Below, piece by piece: positions 17,773 through 28,051 of a stretch of DNA of 64,000 bases; the stretch's first letter is position 1, and each line of letters opens with the position of its first letter. Origin of the DNA: an uncultured Pseudomonadota bacterium (GTDB taxonomy: Bacteria > Oederibacteriota > Muellerivitia > Muellerivitales > Muellerivitaceae); assembly GCA_963770835.1 (NCBI GenBank), contig CAVYRH010000011.1:160001-224000 (forward strand). Direction: 5' to 3'. Made by a program: the position numbers and the translations under genes. Below the pieces are notes generated by a model that had not been told where the DNA came from, did no database searches, and saw only the letters and a list, made by a program, of their open reading frames with translations.

Positions 17773-19590
17773 TCAATGGATGTTCCACAAAAAAAACCTT
17801 TCATCCAGGATGAAAGGCTTTTTAAATAGAGCGTTGATAAAATAGGCGACTAGTAAAGATCCTCCTCTTCTTCCTCTCTCCCCCTCGGTTTTCGCCTTTT
17901 TCAGAAATTTTTTCAGCATCTTTTGGAAGGCGCTGGTCTTGCGGTGGATGGTATGCTCATCGTTCTCGCCTTCGGCCCCTTTTTCTTCCCCCTTCTGGAT
18001 GAGGGCTTTGATGCTTAAGGCGATGCGGCGTTTGGCTGTATCCACTGAAAGAACCTTGACCGTCACTTCTTGTCCTACTTTAAGTGCCTCTTCCACTGTT
18101 TTGGGCGGGGGAGAGGAGATTTCGGTTTTGTGGATGAGTCCTTCGATGTTTTTTTCCAATTCCACGAAGGCGCCGAACTCCACCATGCGTTGGACCTTGC
18201 CGGTCAAAACCTGGCCTGGCTTGTATTTTTCCTCGGCTTTATCCCAAGGATCGCCCTCCACTTGCTTAAGCCCGAGGGATATGCGTTTTTTCTCCGTGTC
18301 GATGGCCAACATCTTGACCGTCAGGGCCTGTCCGATCTTGAAGTCCTTCTGGGGGGCCTTCACGCGTTTGTCCCAGGTAATATCGGATTGGTGCAAAAGG
18401 CCTTCCATACCCTCCTCGATTTCCATGAAGAGGCCGAAATCCGCCACATTAGTCACGGTCGCTTGCACGTTCGAACCAATGGGATGGCGTTGGGCCACAT
18501 TGTCCCAAGGACTTTTTTCCAAACGCTTGAAGCTAAAGCTGATTTTGCGCTTCTCAAAGTCGATTTCAATGAGTTGGGCCTGCTTTTTGTCGCCGACCTT
18601 GAGGATTTCCGATGGCTTTTTGAGCTTTTTAGACCAGGAAATCTCGGTGATATGGCAGAAGCCCTCCAAGTTATCTTGGGTCTTCAGGAAAACTCCATAG
18701 TCGGCAAAATGAGTGGCTTCCACGTCAACGATCTGGCCCACGCGGTAGCGTTTTTCGGCCTGGGTCCAGGGATCGGTGGTCATCTGTTTCATGCCAAGGG
18801 AAATCTTTCCCTTTTCCTTATCGACCTGAAGAACCATAACTTTGATCGGGTTGTCGGGCTTCACGAATTCCTCAACCTTATTGACCCGTCCCCAGTCGAT
18901 GTCGGCGATATGCAAAAGGCCGTCCACTCCACCCACGTCGACGAAAGCACCATAGCTGACAATGCTCTTGACCCGGCCTTCCACGATGTCGCCGGGGTTC
19001 AATTCCCCCAGGCGCTTGTGGCGGTTTTCGTCCCTTTCCGACTCCAAGACCGGTCGGCGGGAAACCACAACGTTCGAACGCCCACGATCCAACTTGATGA
19101 TCTTGAAATCGTAAATTTTTTCCAGGTGGTCTTCGCCCCCCTCTAGGTTCTTTTGGAGGGTGACCTGGCTGGCGGGCAAAAAGGCCTCGACGACTCCCAG
19201 ATCTACCCGGTAGCCACCGTTGACCTTTTTCGTGACCCGGCCCTTAATGAGGCCGCCAGAGTGGTGCAATTCCTCAAGGTTCTGCCAAACCCGGCTTTTG
19301 TCCACGTTTCGCTTGGAAAGCCGCAGGCGGCCATTCGAGTCGGACATGCGTTCCACCGACACCTCAACCTTGTCGCCGATTTTTACCGTCAGCTGGCCGG
19401 CGATGTCCTGGAACTCCGTGCGATGGATGACTCCTTCGGTTTTGTACCCGACGTCGACGACGATTTCATCGTCGCCGATTTTGAGGATTTCGCCCGTGAC
19501 TACTTGGCCCCGTGCGACGCGCTGTTCCTCGTTTAAAAGCTCTTCCATTGTCATTTCTTGGATGGGTGATTCCGCCATAATGGACCTCAT
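17773..19590 (-). CDS. rpsA: 30S ribosomal protein S1 (true stop probably TAG at 17850-17852; likely start ATG 19578)
   Basis: Six S1 repeats (VDVGYKTEG, AFLPASQV, YGAFVDVGGVDGLLHI, EGFCHITEISW, EGLLHQSDITW, EGLIHKTEIS). Confidence 0.96.
   Translation of the reverse strand: MRSIMAESPIQEMTMEELLNEEQRVARGQVVTGEILKIGDDEIVVDVGYKTEGVIHRTEFQDIAGQLTVKIGDKVEVSVERMSDSNGRLRLSKRNVDKSRVWQNLEELHHSGGLIKGRVTKKVNGGYRVDLGVVEAFLPASQVTLQKNLEGGEDHLEKIYDFKIIKLDRGRSNVVVSRRPVLESERDENRHKRLGELNPGDIVEGRVKSIVSYGAFVDVGGVDGLLHIADIDWGRVNKVEEFVKPDNPIKVMVLQVDKEKGKISLGMKQMTTDPWTQAEKRYRVGQIVDVEATHFADYGVFLKTQDNLEGFCHITEISWSKKLKKPSEILKVGDKKQAQLIEIDFEKRKISFSFKRLEKSPWDNVAQRHPIGSNVQATVTNVADFGLFMEIEEGMEGLLHQSDITWDKRVKAPQKDFKIGQALTVKMLAIDTEKKRISLGLKQVEGDPWDKAEEKYKPGQVLTGKVQRMVEFGAFVELEKNIEGLIHKTEISSPPPKTVEEALKVGQEVTVKVLSVDTAKRRIALSIKALIQKGEEKGAEGENDEHTIHRKTSAFQKMLKKFLKKAKTEGERGRRGGSLLVAYFINALFKKPFILDERFFLWNIH
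17788..17823 (-). terminator. Rho-independent terminator after rpsA
   Basis: CCTTTCATC-CTG-GATGAAAGG hairpin followed by a T9 run on the minus strand. Confidence 0.8.
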
Positions 19591-19770
19591 ATTTTCTTTT
19601 GCTCCGCTGGGGGAGGAAAGTTGATTAAGCTGTAAGGGGATTATTCTACAACAGGGAAAAGGTGTCTGGAAACCCTTTCCAGTAAAAGGGGCGGTTCGAG
19701 CCGGCTCAAAAGGATCAGTTATAAAAGGGGATTTCGAGGGATAAATCCAGTTTGATTGTCACAGCCATAG

Positions 19771-20406
19771 TTATGTGGGATTTCGTTGGTTCTTTTGAAC
19801 TTTCAATTGGGAAATGTGCTCTATGACTCGTCTGGCAATTTTCACATAGGTGTTTTTTTCAGGATTTTCAGCGTAAAGATCATCCAAAGGCACGGGAGGC
19901 CCATATGTCACGGAAGTATGCCCCGGCCTGGGTAACAGTTTACCTTTGGGCCAACATTGGAAGGTTCCATCGATATAAGAAGGAATAACGGGGACCCTCG
20001 CGTTGTAAAGGAGCATACCCGACCCCTTTTTTGCCGGTTGTAATTCACCGGTCAAAGTCCTCGTCCCTTCCACGAAGACCACCAACGGCTTTCCCGAGTT
20101 CAAAAAATCGTGAAATTGCTGGACCGCTTCCATATCCCGGCTTCCCCTTTTCACCGGGAAAGCCCCGCAGCGCCGGATGAAAGTGCCGAAGAGTGGAACC
20201 CGGAAAAGTTCTTCCTTGGCCATGAATCCCACTTCCCTTTTGAGGCTGGTATAGCCGATCAGATAGGGATCCAAAAAGCTAGCGTGATTTGCCACAACAA
20301 CAAAAGGGCCTTTTGCGGGAATGTTTTCCGCACCATGGACCCGGGTATGAAAATAAAGTTCGACGAACCATGTAGTGAAAAAACGAAGCTTGGGGAAAGA
20401 GGCCAA
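19771..20406 (-). CDS. plsC: 1-acyl-sn-glycerol-3-phosphate (lysophospholipid) acyltransferase
   Basis: NHASFLD (HxxxxD), FMAKEELF, GAFPVKR and FVEGTRT motifs. Confidence 0.9.
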   Translation of the reverse strand: MASFPKLRFFTTWFVELYFHTRVHGAENIPAKGPFVVVANHASFLDPYLIGYTSLKREVGFMAKEELFRVPLFGTFIRRCGAFPVKRGSRDMEAVQQFHDFLNSGKPLVVFVEGTRTLTGELQPAKKGSGMLLYNARVPVIPSYIDGTFQCWPKGKLLPRPGHTSVTYGPPVPLDDLYAENPEKNTYVKIARRVIEHISQLKVQKNQRNPT

Positions 20407-20478
20407 TTCAATCCCTCCGGGATTGATACTTCGATCGACGCATAAGGGTTCTTTCGGGTAGCCGAACTTTAGCAGACT

Positions 20479-21591
20479 TTAACGGTTCCAAAGTTTCTTC
20501 AAGCGCTGGTGGGCGGAAAGTAGAAGTTCTTCAGTGGTGACCCAATTAATACAGGCATCGGTAATGGAAACGCCGTATTTCAGCTTAGAACGGTCTTTCT
20601 GTAATGGTTGATTCCCTTCATTCAAGTTGCTTTCCAGCATAAACCCGACAACAGATTGGTTCCCAGCCTCAATCTGATCCAGAACGGCGTTGAAAGCCAC
20701 CGGTTGGAGTTTGTAATCCTTGTTCGAATTACCGTGACTGCAGTCCACCACGATGTTTTGGGGCAGGCCTGAGGCGGTCAGGGCTTTTTCACAAGCTTCG
20801 ATGGAAGCGGCATCATAGTTGGGTTTGGCGCCCCCCCGAAGGACAATGTGGGCATAGGGGTTGCCGGTGGTCCGGAAAACGGCCGTCTGGCCGTTCTGGT
20901 TGATGCCCAGAAAATGGTGTGAGGTTCGGGCCGACTTGAGACCGTTTAGGGCCACCTGGATGGTTCCATCGGTGGCATTCTTGAAACCCACGGGCATCGA
21001 AAGACCGCTTGCCATTTCCCGGTGCGTCTGGGATTCGGTGGTGCGGGCGCCGATGGCGGACCAGCTGATGAGATCCGCGAGGTATTGGGGGATGATGGGG
21101 TCCAATGCCTCCGTGGACGTGGGAAGACCTATCTCGGTGAACTTCAAAAGAAGCCGTCGCGCCAGCAGGATTCCCTTTTCGATATGGAAGGAATCGTTCA
21201 TGTCGGGGTCGTTAATGAGGCCTTTCCATCCGGTGGTCGTCCGCGGTTTTTCAAAATAAACCCGCATGATGAGGACCAAAGTGGATTGCACCAGTCCCGC
21301 CAGGCGCTTCAACTTGACGGCATACTCATAGGCCGCCTGGGGATCGTGAATGGAACAAGGTCCCACCACCACGAAAAGACGGTGGTCTTTGTGGTCCAAG
21401 ATGGCTTCTAAATCCCTGCGTCCTTTGAGGACCGTCTCGAAGGATTTCTTATTGCCCGGCAGTTGGGCCTTGACCTTTTTAGGTGTAATAAGGACTTCGG
21501 CGCCGGCCACATGGGTGTCTTGCGCCTTGGCGCGAAGGGATACCTTGCCGATTTGAGTGATTTTTCTTTTGGGTTCAGTCTTGGTGGCCAC
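20479..21591 (-). CDS. aroF: 3-deoxy-7-phosphoheptulonate (DAHP) synthase, class I-alpha (AroF/G/H type)
   Basis: VGPCSIHD, MRVYFEKPRT, GWKGLINDP, AIGARTTESQTHREMASGLS, DCSHGNS, YGVSITDAC. The feedback isoform cannot be determined from sequence here. Confidence 0.95.
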   Translation of the reverse strand: MATKTEPKRKITQIGKVSLRAKAQDTHVAGAEVLITPKKVKAQLPGNKKSFETVLKGRRDLEAILDHKDHRLFVVVGPCSIHDPQAAYEYAVKLKRLAGLVQSTLVLIMRVYFEKPRTTTGWKGLINDPDMNDSFHIEKGILLARRLLLKFTEIGLPTSTEALDPIIPQYLADLISWSAIGARTTESQTHREMASGLSMPVGFKNATDGTIQVALNGLKSARTSHHFLGINQNGQTAVFRTTGNPYAHIVLRGGAKPNYDAASIEACEKALTASGLPQNIVVDCSHGNSNKDYKLQPVAFNAVLDQIEAGNQSVVGFMLESNLNEGNQPLQKDRSKLKYGVSITDACINWVTTEELLLSAHQRLKKLWNR

Positions 21592-21706
21592 GGCAATCCT
21601 TCCGGAACTGGTTTAAACTCTAAAATTAAGACTCGACTTGAGGTGGGAATTATAGGGAGTTCAAGTGGTGCTTCCAAGCGGCTTTTTCCAGTGAAATCTC
21701 GGTGGC

Positions 21707-22324
21707 TTACTGGGGATGGGAATCCGAGGCGCGGCGGGAGTGGGAGAGGGCGGGTTGAATCACTGCTTCCACTTTGGGCTGAAGGAAGTTCATAAATTTC
21801 CTGGGTTTGGGGCAGTTCAACAAAACGAGAGGACCTGCGGGGCTACCGGTATCGATTTCGATGTGACCGTAATTAAAAAGAAGGCCGACTATACTTTGCT
21901 GAAAACCGACCCGTCTAACGGAACCATAGGGAGCAGAAACGACTCGGTGCAAGGGGAACCAACTTTCGATGGTGACGTCATGCGAGGTAAGTCGGTAGCA
22001 GGTTCCAATCTGCCAAAGGTTGTGGTAGACCGCCGCGGCAATGGCGATCCAAACCAGTCCCCGCTCCGCCCAAAATAGCCCGAGGTCGGCCCAAGCGACT
22101 GGCAATCCCTTTAAATTAAGAAAGACCTCCTTCAGGTAGGGCGGAAACCAAAGGAAAAACCGATGGGCCAAATACCAAAAAATGCCCGCCAGGGCATAAG
22201 CCAGGAAGACCACCCACCAGGAAGGCGTGGCCTTCAGGACGAGGTCGGCTGAGGAAGGGGCCTGTGCGTGAACGCCCCCCGGTTTAGAGTGAAGGGAATG
22301 GTCAGGAGCTGTCGTTTTTGTCAT
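21707..22324 (-). CDS. Membrane protein with bacterial PH (bPH_2/YdbS-like) domain
   Basis: Two TM segments, then Y.LT...V.....QSIVGLLFNYGHIEIDT. Confidence 0.75.
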   Translation of the reverse strand: MTKTTAPDHSLHSKPGGVHAQAPSSADLVLKATPSWWVVFLAYALAGIFWYLAHRFFLWFPPYLKEVFLNLKGLPVAWADLGLFWAERGLVWIAIAAAVYHNLWQIGTCYRLTSHDVTIESWFPLHRVVSAPYGSVRRVGFQQSIVGLLFNYGHIEIDTGSPAGPLVLLNCPKPRKFMNFLQPKVEAVIQPALSHSRRASDSHPQ

Positions 22325-22456
22325 TTCAGGCTGTTTTTTTTGAAGATGTTAATAACCGGTGTCTTCATGATAATCCTTTGAACAGACAGGTTAATTTACC
22401 AAAAAAGTGAGAGCTTTTCACCCACGGCGCTTCCCTATTCTCCAAGATTCCCGGCC

Positions 22457-25400
22457 TCAGGAGCCTGGCCAGGAATCCGCCAGGGCATCCATGGTTTCAG
22501 GTTTCAGCAGCGACCTAAACAGTCCCACGGAGTCTTCCAATGCCAACTCGCTTCGAATGAGATAGCCCTTCCCAATTTTTTGGATGAGAAGGCCCGCCTG
22601 TTCCGGATGTTGAGATAAAAGGAGCGGGCTTTGCCATTGGGTCCCCTTCGGCAAAAGGCCGTGGGCGACTTCCCCCATCTGCTGGTCGGACGCGAAACCC
22701 AGTATTTGGGCGATTGGCTGGGTGGACCCGCCCTCCAGTTTGTACATCCAAAGGTGGTAAAGGTTCACTTCGTCCTCCGTCTTGGAAACGAAGCGGAACA
22801 CCGTCTGGTTTGACGTGATGTCCTTTTGGGGAATATCGAAATAAAGTGCGAGGAAATGCCGCGTGGTGCCGTCGCTTTGGGTGCGGACCCCCACCTGCTT
22901 CCAATCGTTGCTGTCCTGGACCTGCAAGGTCATGCCCTTGATGTTGTGGCCGGTATTGACCCTCAGCCAAAGGCGGTGGTTGAAGCCCGGTTCGGTCTTC
23001 ATCGTGAACTGATAATAACCGGTGAAACCCCTGCCCTGGTCCTGGATCATCTTCTTCTCGTTTTGGCTGTCGGGGAGGTTCTGGGTGTCCTCGAAAGTCT
23101 CACCCGCGAAGGTCACGGCGTGGCCCGATTCGGATCCAGGATTCGAAACCTTCACTTCGTCCAGGTATTTTTGGTTGGCCTGCATTTTGGCCGGCTCGCT
23201 CACGATCACCTCATCCTTCAGGGTTCCCTCTTCCCAACCTCCGCCCGTCAGGTTCACGAACCAATCGGGCAGATCCTCGCGATTGGGAAAGGAAGGTCCC
23301 AGGTAAAGGCAGCCACCCTCCTCCAAATATTTTTTTATGGCTTGTCCCACTTTCGGATCGGCCCAGTAACTATCGGGTTTGAAGTGGTGGTTACCCGAGG
23401 AAAAAACGCCCCTCCCAAACACCGTCAACCTGTGTTTGGGCCTTCCCTTGTCATCCAACAGCGCATTCGCGATGTCTTCCGTTGATATGGGCAAGTCCAT
23501 ATCTAGGAACTCCTTCGAACGGGTGACTTTATCCATAAGCTTCAATTCGCTATTCCCCGCTGAAATGAAGTTTTCAGGATCGACATATCTATACCGGTGC
23601 CGGTTCAAAATCGCCGTGGGGGAGGTCAAAAGCAAAAGCTCCCCCCCGTTGACGTCGTAAGGTTCGGGTTCGAAAATCTGGGGTTTAGGCGGATTGGCTT
23701 CATCATTGGGAAGCCTGGGACCCTCGGAAACCGTGAAGGAAAAATCTTTGTCCGCCTCCAAGGTGAACCGACAAAGCCCTTCCCTGCCGTTGGTATCGGA
23801 GATGGCTTTGTCCCAAGACACTTCTTCCGACGGTTCTAGATCCGAAAGGACTCGGCGAGTAGGCCAAAAATCGGTAGTCACGTCCAATTGTTCCCCCCGG
23901 TCCAAATGAAGGGTGAAAGTCCATTCCTTAGAATCCAGCCGTTTCATGCTCAGGGACACCCGGGCGGGGCCCACCCAGAGACGGGTGGCGTTAAATTCTT
24001 TCATGGTCTCCGGCAGGTGGGGGGAAAAGGTCACCCGACCATTGCCCGCATCGGGAGAGAACCCCGTGAGGTACTCCAACAAAGCCTCGGTGTTCAAGCC
24101 GCCTTCCCAGGGGCGCACTCTCCCGCTGGTGCCCACGCCGAGGGAGGGTGGGTTCCAGGGATGATAGTTGGCATCGTACATTTCCGTGAAATCACCCGAA
24201 GGGGTGGCGGCTTTCAAGGTGGATTGGTAAGCCGCGTCGGCCCAGGGTAAATGGGCTTTGCAGAGGTCATACAACAATTGACCGGGATTCATTCCCACAA
24301 AAAAATCAACAGTCGGGGTCGTTTTCCAAAATCCATCGTCCCGACCCAGCCAGGGGTAGGCGTTTAGGATCGCACTCACCGCCCGTTTTGTGCTGACCGG
24401 TGTCTCGCCAATGGGGTTGAGGTCGTTGCGAGCATAACCGCACCAAAAGGGATTCAACAGAATATTGGCGAAAGGTGCGTTATAAAGCGGACCCAACAGG
24501 GATTGGGCTGGTGCCCAATAACCGCTTTTTTCAATCCAGTAGTTTTCCTCTGTTTTGGAGCGGACTTCTTCAGCGAATTTTTTGAGGGCGGCTACATCCT
24601 TGTCCATTTCCAAGTACTTCCCTAGGTAGGCCAGGTGGTCAGCGGCGGAAACCAGCTCAAAACTCGAATCAGTGGAGAAGCCAAAGGTGGAAAGGTAATA
24701 ATTCGGAAAAGGAACAAAATCGAAAATTCTGGATTCCAGGCACCAAAGGTAGGTTTCGTCCCTTTGGAAAAAATACTTATCGTCAATATTAAGCTGGCCG
24801 AAAATGCATCGTTTCAAATAACTCCATCGGGCGCGGATCAATTCAATATCGCCCGTCGTCAGGTAATACCACCAGTATTGCAAAACGATCCAATTGGGCG
24901 TCTCCGCGAACTCAACACGAATATGGGAAAGATCTTTTAAATGATAATCGAGGGGGTAATCCACCCTAATGCTGTTTGGCAAGGAACCGGCTGTGGAGGC
25001 CACGCCATAAAAAAAGTCCATGGCGCGTTTGGCTTCCTCCAGATGGCCGGTCTTCAAAAACCAGCGGATGGGTCCGTTGTTGTCCCGGATCCAAGTGTAG
25101 GAATAGCCGACCAGGGGCGAGAAGCCTCCCGAATAGGACTGTTGGGATTTAAAGATAAGGGATTCGATCTCGAAAAGATCAGCGATCTTGGGATCCCCCG
25201 AAAAAGTCGTGCCCTTGTCGAACCATGCGGCGTAGTAATCGCGGGTCCCATCCAAAAGGCGGGAAGGACCCTTCTTTTTGATTTCTTCGGTTTGAGAATC
25301 ATTGTCCCCTTTGGAATTGGCCGAAACTAAATAAAAGGCAACCCAGGTTTCCTCACCAGCCTTAAGGTTGGGCACGCCGTAATGGAGATTATGGTCCCAA

Positions 25401-26170
25401 ACCCGTGTTTTTTTCGAATTGAAGCAGCCTAATCGCCAATAGGTTTTTTTCTTCGGTTTTTTGGGCAGTTGTTCCCACAGTACTTCATGTTCCTCGTCCT
25501 TAACGGTGTACTTGAGGTTCCATTCAGGCTGGACTTTGAGTTCGATATCCAGGTCGTTTTCATCCTGGCCGCCGACGTTCACCAGATGCACCAAACGGAC
25601 CAGGACGGCCGGGTTATCCCAAGCATTGTCGTCCGAGGGCGAGACGGGGGCGAAATCGTAACTTTCCACAGCCAACGTCGGGCCCTCCGCGCGGACTTTG
25701 ACGATACCGGAACGCCTCACCCATCCAATCTGTTGCTTAGGGTAGGCCACCTCCAAGCCGGCCCGGGTAATGCTCATGTGCATCCCCCCTAAGTCCGGTT
25801 CCTGGTAGGAAGCGCCGTAAAGGTTGGACCAGTTCCACAGGGGTCCGGAAAGGCCGATGAGGGCGAAGACCCGACCGTTTCCGACGCAATAAGCGCCAGT
25901 TTTATTAGCTTCCACCTGTTGGTGGTCGAGGTCAAAAGTCTCGTTCCACGAATAAAGATCGTTAAGCCAGGGCCGTTCCTTTATAAAATCAGCGCCCGCT
26001 TTTTCCAGGGATTGGGTGGACGGCGTAGGCGAAACAACTGGAACGGCCGTTGTTGGGGGACCTGGGGGCATTATCACCAAAGGTGTTGACGGGTCTCCCG
26101 AAATCGGGGTGTCCGCCATGAGAAAGCCAGTAGTTCCAAGGAAAATCAGCCAAAATATTTTCTTAATCAT
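22457..26170 (-). CDS. Large exported glycoside-hydrolase-like protein, (alpha/alpha)6-barrel (GH15-like) with accessory beta-sandwich domains
   Basis: Signal peptide and Pro/Thr linker; YSYTWIRD motif; Y...TGD..L....W; late E.Y...PW motif followed by G..P...V...PHLP, typical of six-hairpin glycosidases. Confidence 0.65.
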   Translation of the reverse strand: MIKKIFWLIFLGTTGFLMADTPISGDPSTPLVIMPPGPPTTAVPVVSPTPSTQSLEKAGADFIKERPWLNDLYSWNETFDLDHQQVEANKTGAYCVGNGRVFALIGLSGPLWNWSNLYGASYQEPDLGGMHMSITRAGLEVAYPKQQIGWVRRSGIVKVRAEGPTLAVESYDFAPVSPSDDNAWDNPAVLVRLVHLVNVGGQDENDLDIELKVQPEWNLKYTVKDEEHEVLWEQLPKKPKKKTYWRLGCFNSKKTRVWDHNLHYGVPNLKAGEETWVAFYLVSANSKGDNDSQTEEIKKKGPSRLLDGTRDYYAAWFDKGTTFSGDPKIADLFEIESLIFKSQQSYSGGFSPLVGYSYTWIRDNNGPIRWFLKTGHLEEAKRAMDFFYGVASTAGSLPNSIRVDYPLDYHLKDLSHIRVEFAETPNWIVLQYWWYYLTTGDIELIRARWSYLKRCIFGQLNIDDKYFFQRDETYLWCLESRIFDFVPFPNYYLSTFGFSTDSSFELVSAADHLAYLGKYLEMDKDVAALKKFAEEVRSKTEENYWIEKSGYWAPAQSLLGPLYNAPFANILLNPFWCGYARNDLNPIGETPVSTKRAVSAILNAYPWLGRDDGFWKTTPTVDFFVGMNPGQLLYDLCKAHLPWADAAYQSTLKAATPSGDFTEMYDANYHPWNPPSLGVGTSGRVRPWEGGLNTEALLEYLTGFSPDAGNGRVTFSPHLPETMKEFNATRLWVGPARVSLSMKRLDSKEWTFTLHLDRGEQLDVTTDFWPTRRVLSDLEPSEEVSWDKAISDTNGREGLCRFTLEADKDFSFTVSEGPRLPNDEANPPKPQIFEPEPYDVNGGELLLLTSPTAILNRHRYRYVDPENFISAGNSELKLMDKVTRSKEFLDMDLPISTEDIANALLDDKGRPKHRLTVFGRGVFSSGNHHFKPDSYWADPKVGQAIKKYLEEGGCLYLGPSFPNREDLPDWFVNLTGGGWEEGTLKDEVIVSEPAKMQANQKYLDEVKVSNPGSESGHAVTFAGETFEDTQNLPDSQNEKKMIQDQGRGFTGYYQFTMKTEPGFNHRLWLRVNTGHNIKGMTLQVQDSNDWKQVGVRTQSDGTTRHFLALYFDIPQKDITSNQTVFRFVSKTEDEVNLYHLWMYKLEGGSTQPIAQILGFASDQQMGEVAHGLLPKGTQWQSPLLLSQHPEQAGLLIQKIGKGYLIRSELALEDSVGLFRSLLKPETMDALADSWPGS

Positions 26171-27915
26171 GGCGTCCCGCTTCGTTTTTCAGCTGGGTTC
26201 GCGGTCGCCGGGGTATCGGGGGCGGTCGGGTTCGCCTTCGTTGACGGGGCTGGCTTGAGTACTTCATAAAAATAAACCTTCTTATGGTAAACCACCGGTT
26301 TTAATTTGTAGGTGGTGAAGAATTCCCGTACGCGGCCCTCGGGTAGTTTCAAAGTTTCCTCCAACAGCTGGCGTCCCCCGTCGATATCGTCGACGGTTTC
26401 CGTCAAAGCCCAAACCTGGCGGTGACGTTTCCATGTGTCTTGAAACACACCTGAAAGGTCGGACCAGGGATCGGGTTCGACCGACGTTTTTGCTTTCTTT
26501 TCTTTTTCTGGATTCTTGCCGATTTCCTTGTCCCCAATAGTTTTGTAAGTCCGCAAAAAGGTATAAAGGCTCAGGTATTTCCGTTTCTGGAATCGGTCCA
26601 GGTAATAATGAACGTTGTTGATACCGTCCACGACGAGAACGTCATCGGATCGGACCTTCCAATCCAGGGCCCCTAACAGTTCCTTGAAGTCGTAGTGGTT
26701 GGCCACCAGCTTGGTGCCGCTGCCCTGGGCGTTGTGGAGGAAAAGAAGCGTAATGAGGAAAGCCCAAACGCACGCCATCACGGACCGGTTGGCGAGGTGG
26801 AGGACCCGGTTTTTAAAGAACTGGGACAGGTCCGACCCTACCAGCCCCATCAGGATCCAGCAAGGCACGGTGGAGGAAACCCAGAATTCGATGTTCCAGG
26901 GTTCCCACCAGACAAAAAAAGGCACGAAAGCCGCCACCCATAGGACGGAAACCCAGAGGGCTTGACGGTGATAATCACAAAGGTGCTTGAGCCTTAAAAA
27001 GAAAACGACCAGAAGGAAAAAAACGGCGTATTGAAGGATGGTTTCTGCCGTGCCGAAGGTGAAAGGCTCCGCCATGCTATTGAATGGGCGCACATGGGGC
27101 AGGAAGGCCCGCACCATGGCGGACTGGCCGTGCCCGAAACCGGTTTTATCGAAATGTCCTCCCCAATTTTGAGGTGAATGAAAATATGAAAAAACCCACC
27201 ACAGCCAGTCATGAAATGTCCTGCGGTAGTAAATATAACGCCCGATAATGGCATAGGCGGCCAGGACGATCACTGTCAGGGCTGTCAGGTAATAAAGGCT
27301 TGCTTTCAAACGCTCCCACCATGTTTTCTCCTTGAGCAGTAGGATGCCCCCTAAAAAAGCGGGAAGAAGGAGGAGGTTGGTTTGATGCCCCAGTACGGCC
27401 AGGGCATGACCAGACCCAACTACCCATCCGAAGGCAGCCGGCATTTTTCTTTGGTATGTCAGCAAATACCAGGCGAAAAGGGGCGTCACAGTTGCGAATA
27501 TCCGGACACCTGGAATCGTGGAGAAATACCAATAACTATGGGAGAAGGCCATTCCCGCTGCCGCTAAAATGGCCACTAACCGGTCGTTGGTTTCACGGAC
27601 CAGAAGATGGAAAGCCAACAAGACTCCGGCTACACCGGTTATCAAGTCGAAAAACTGAAGAGCTACCAAACCATCCCAAGCGGCACCATGATCCCTTCCC
27701 CAAAGGAAAACCATTCTGCCCAAAAAAGTATAAAGCAAATGGTGGGGATGGAAAAAAAGCCATAGTGGCGTGGTGTCTTTCTCCACTTGTGAGGACATCG
27801 CCAGACCGTCAAAGGTATAGTTGAAAGAAAGATGGGAAAGGTAGAGGTAAAGGCAAAGCACCCAAAGACCAAACCCTAATAAAAGGGTACTGGCAGGCTT
27901 GTTCCACTCACGCAT
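26167..27915 (-). CDS. Polytopic membrane protein, GT-C fold glycosyltransferase-like (ArnT/PMT/DUF2723-like)
   Basis: First-loop YTFDG...HPHHLLY, about 11-12 TM helices, FSHSYWYFS and LAVLGHQTN motifs, soluble C-terminal domain. Overlaps the next gene at ATGA. Confidence 0.65.
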   Translation of the reverse strand: MREWNKPASTLLLGFGLWVLCLYLYLSHLSFNYTFDGLAMSSQVEKDTTPLWLFFHPHHLLYTFLGRMVFLWGRDHGAAWDGLVALQFFDLITGVAGVLLAFHLLVRETNDRLVAILAAAGMAFSHSYWYFSTIPGVRIFATVTPLFAWYLLTYQRKMPAAFGWVVGSGHALAVLGHQTNLLLLPAFLGGILLLKEKTWWERLKASLYYLTALTVIVLAAYAIIGRYIYYRRTFHDWLWWVFSYFHSPQNWGGHFDKTGFGHGQSAMVRAFLPHVRPFNSMAEPFTFGTAETILQYAVFFLLVVFFLRLKHLCDYHRQALWVSVLWVAAFVPFFVWWEPWNIEFWVSSTVPCWILMGLVGSDLSQFFKNRVLHLANRSVMACVWAFLITLLFLHNAQGSGTKLVANHYDFKELLGALDWKVRSDDVLVVDGINNVHYYLDRFQKRKYLSLYTFLRTYKTIGDKEIGKNPEKEKKAKTSVEPDPWSDLSGVFQDTWKRHRQVWALTETVDDIDGGRQLLEETLKLPEGRVREFFTTYKLKPVVYHKKVYFYEVLKPAPSTKANPTAPDTPATANPAEKRSGTP

Positions 27916-28051
27916 TCGAGGATCCTTTAAATCCGGTTCAACCGACCGTTCAGGGAAATTCCAGATGGCGGTTTAGAAACTCGTATTTAAAGGCAAAAAG
28001 CCACGTTAGGCAAGGCTCTCCATTTAGGCGTATGTTTCTAACAATGAACTA

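Noticed and set aside
17939..19624. Long plus-strand ORFs antisense to rpsA (e.g. 18070..19146, 358 aa)
   Set aside because: Shadow ORFs produced by the codon bias of a highly conserved gene; no recognisable motifs.
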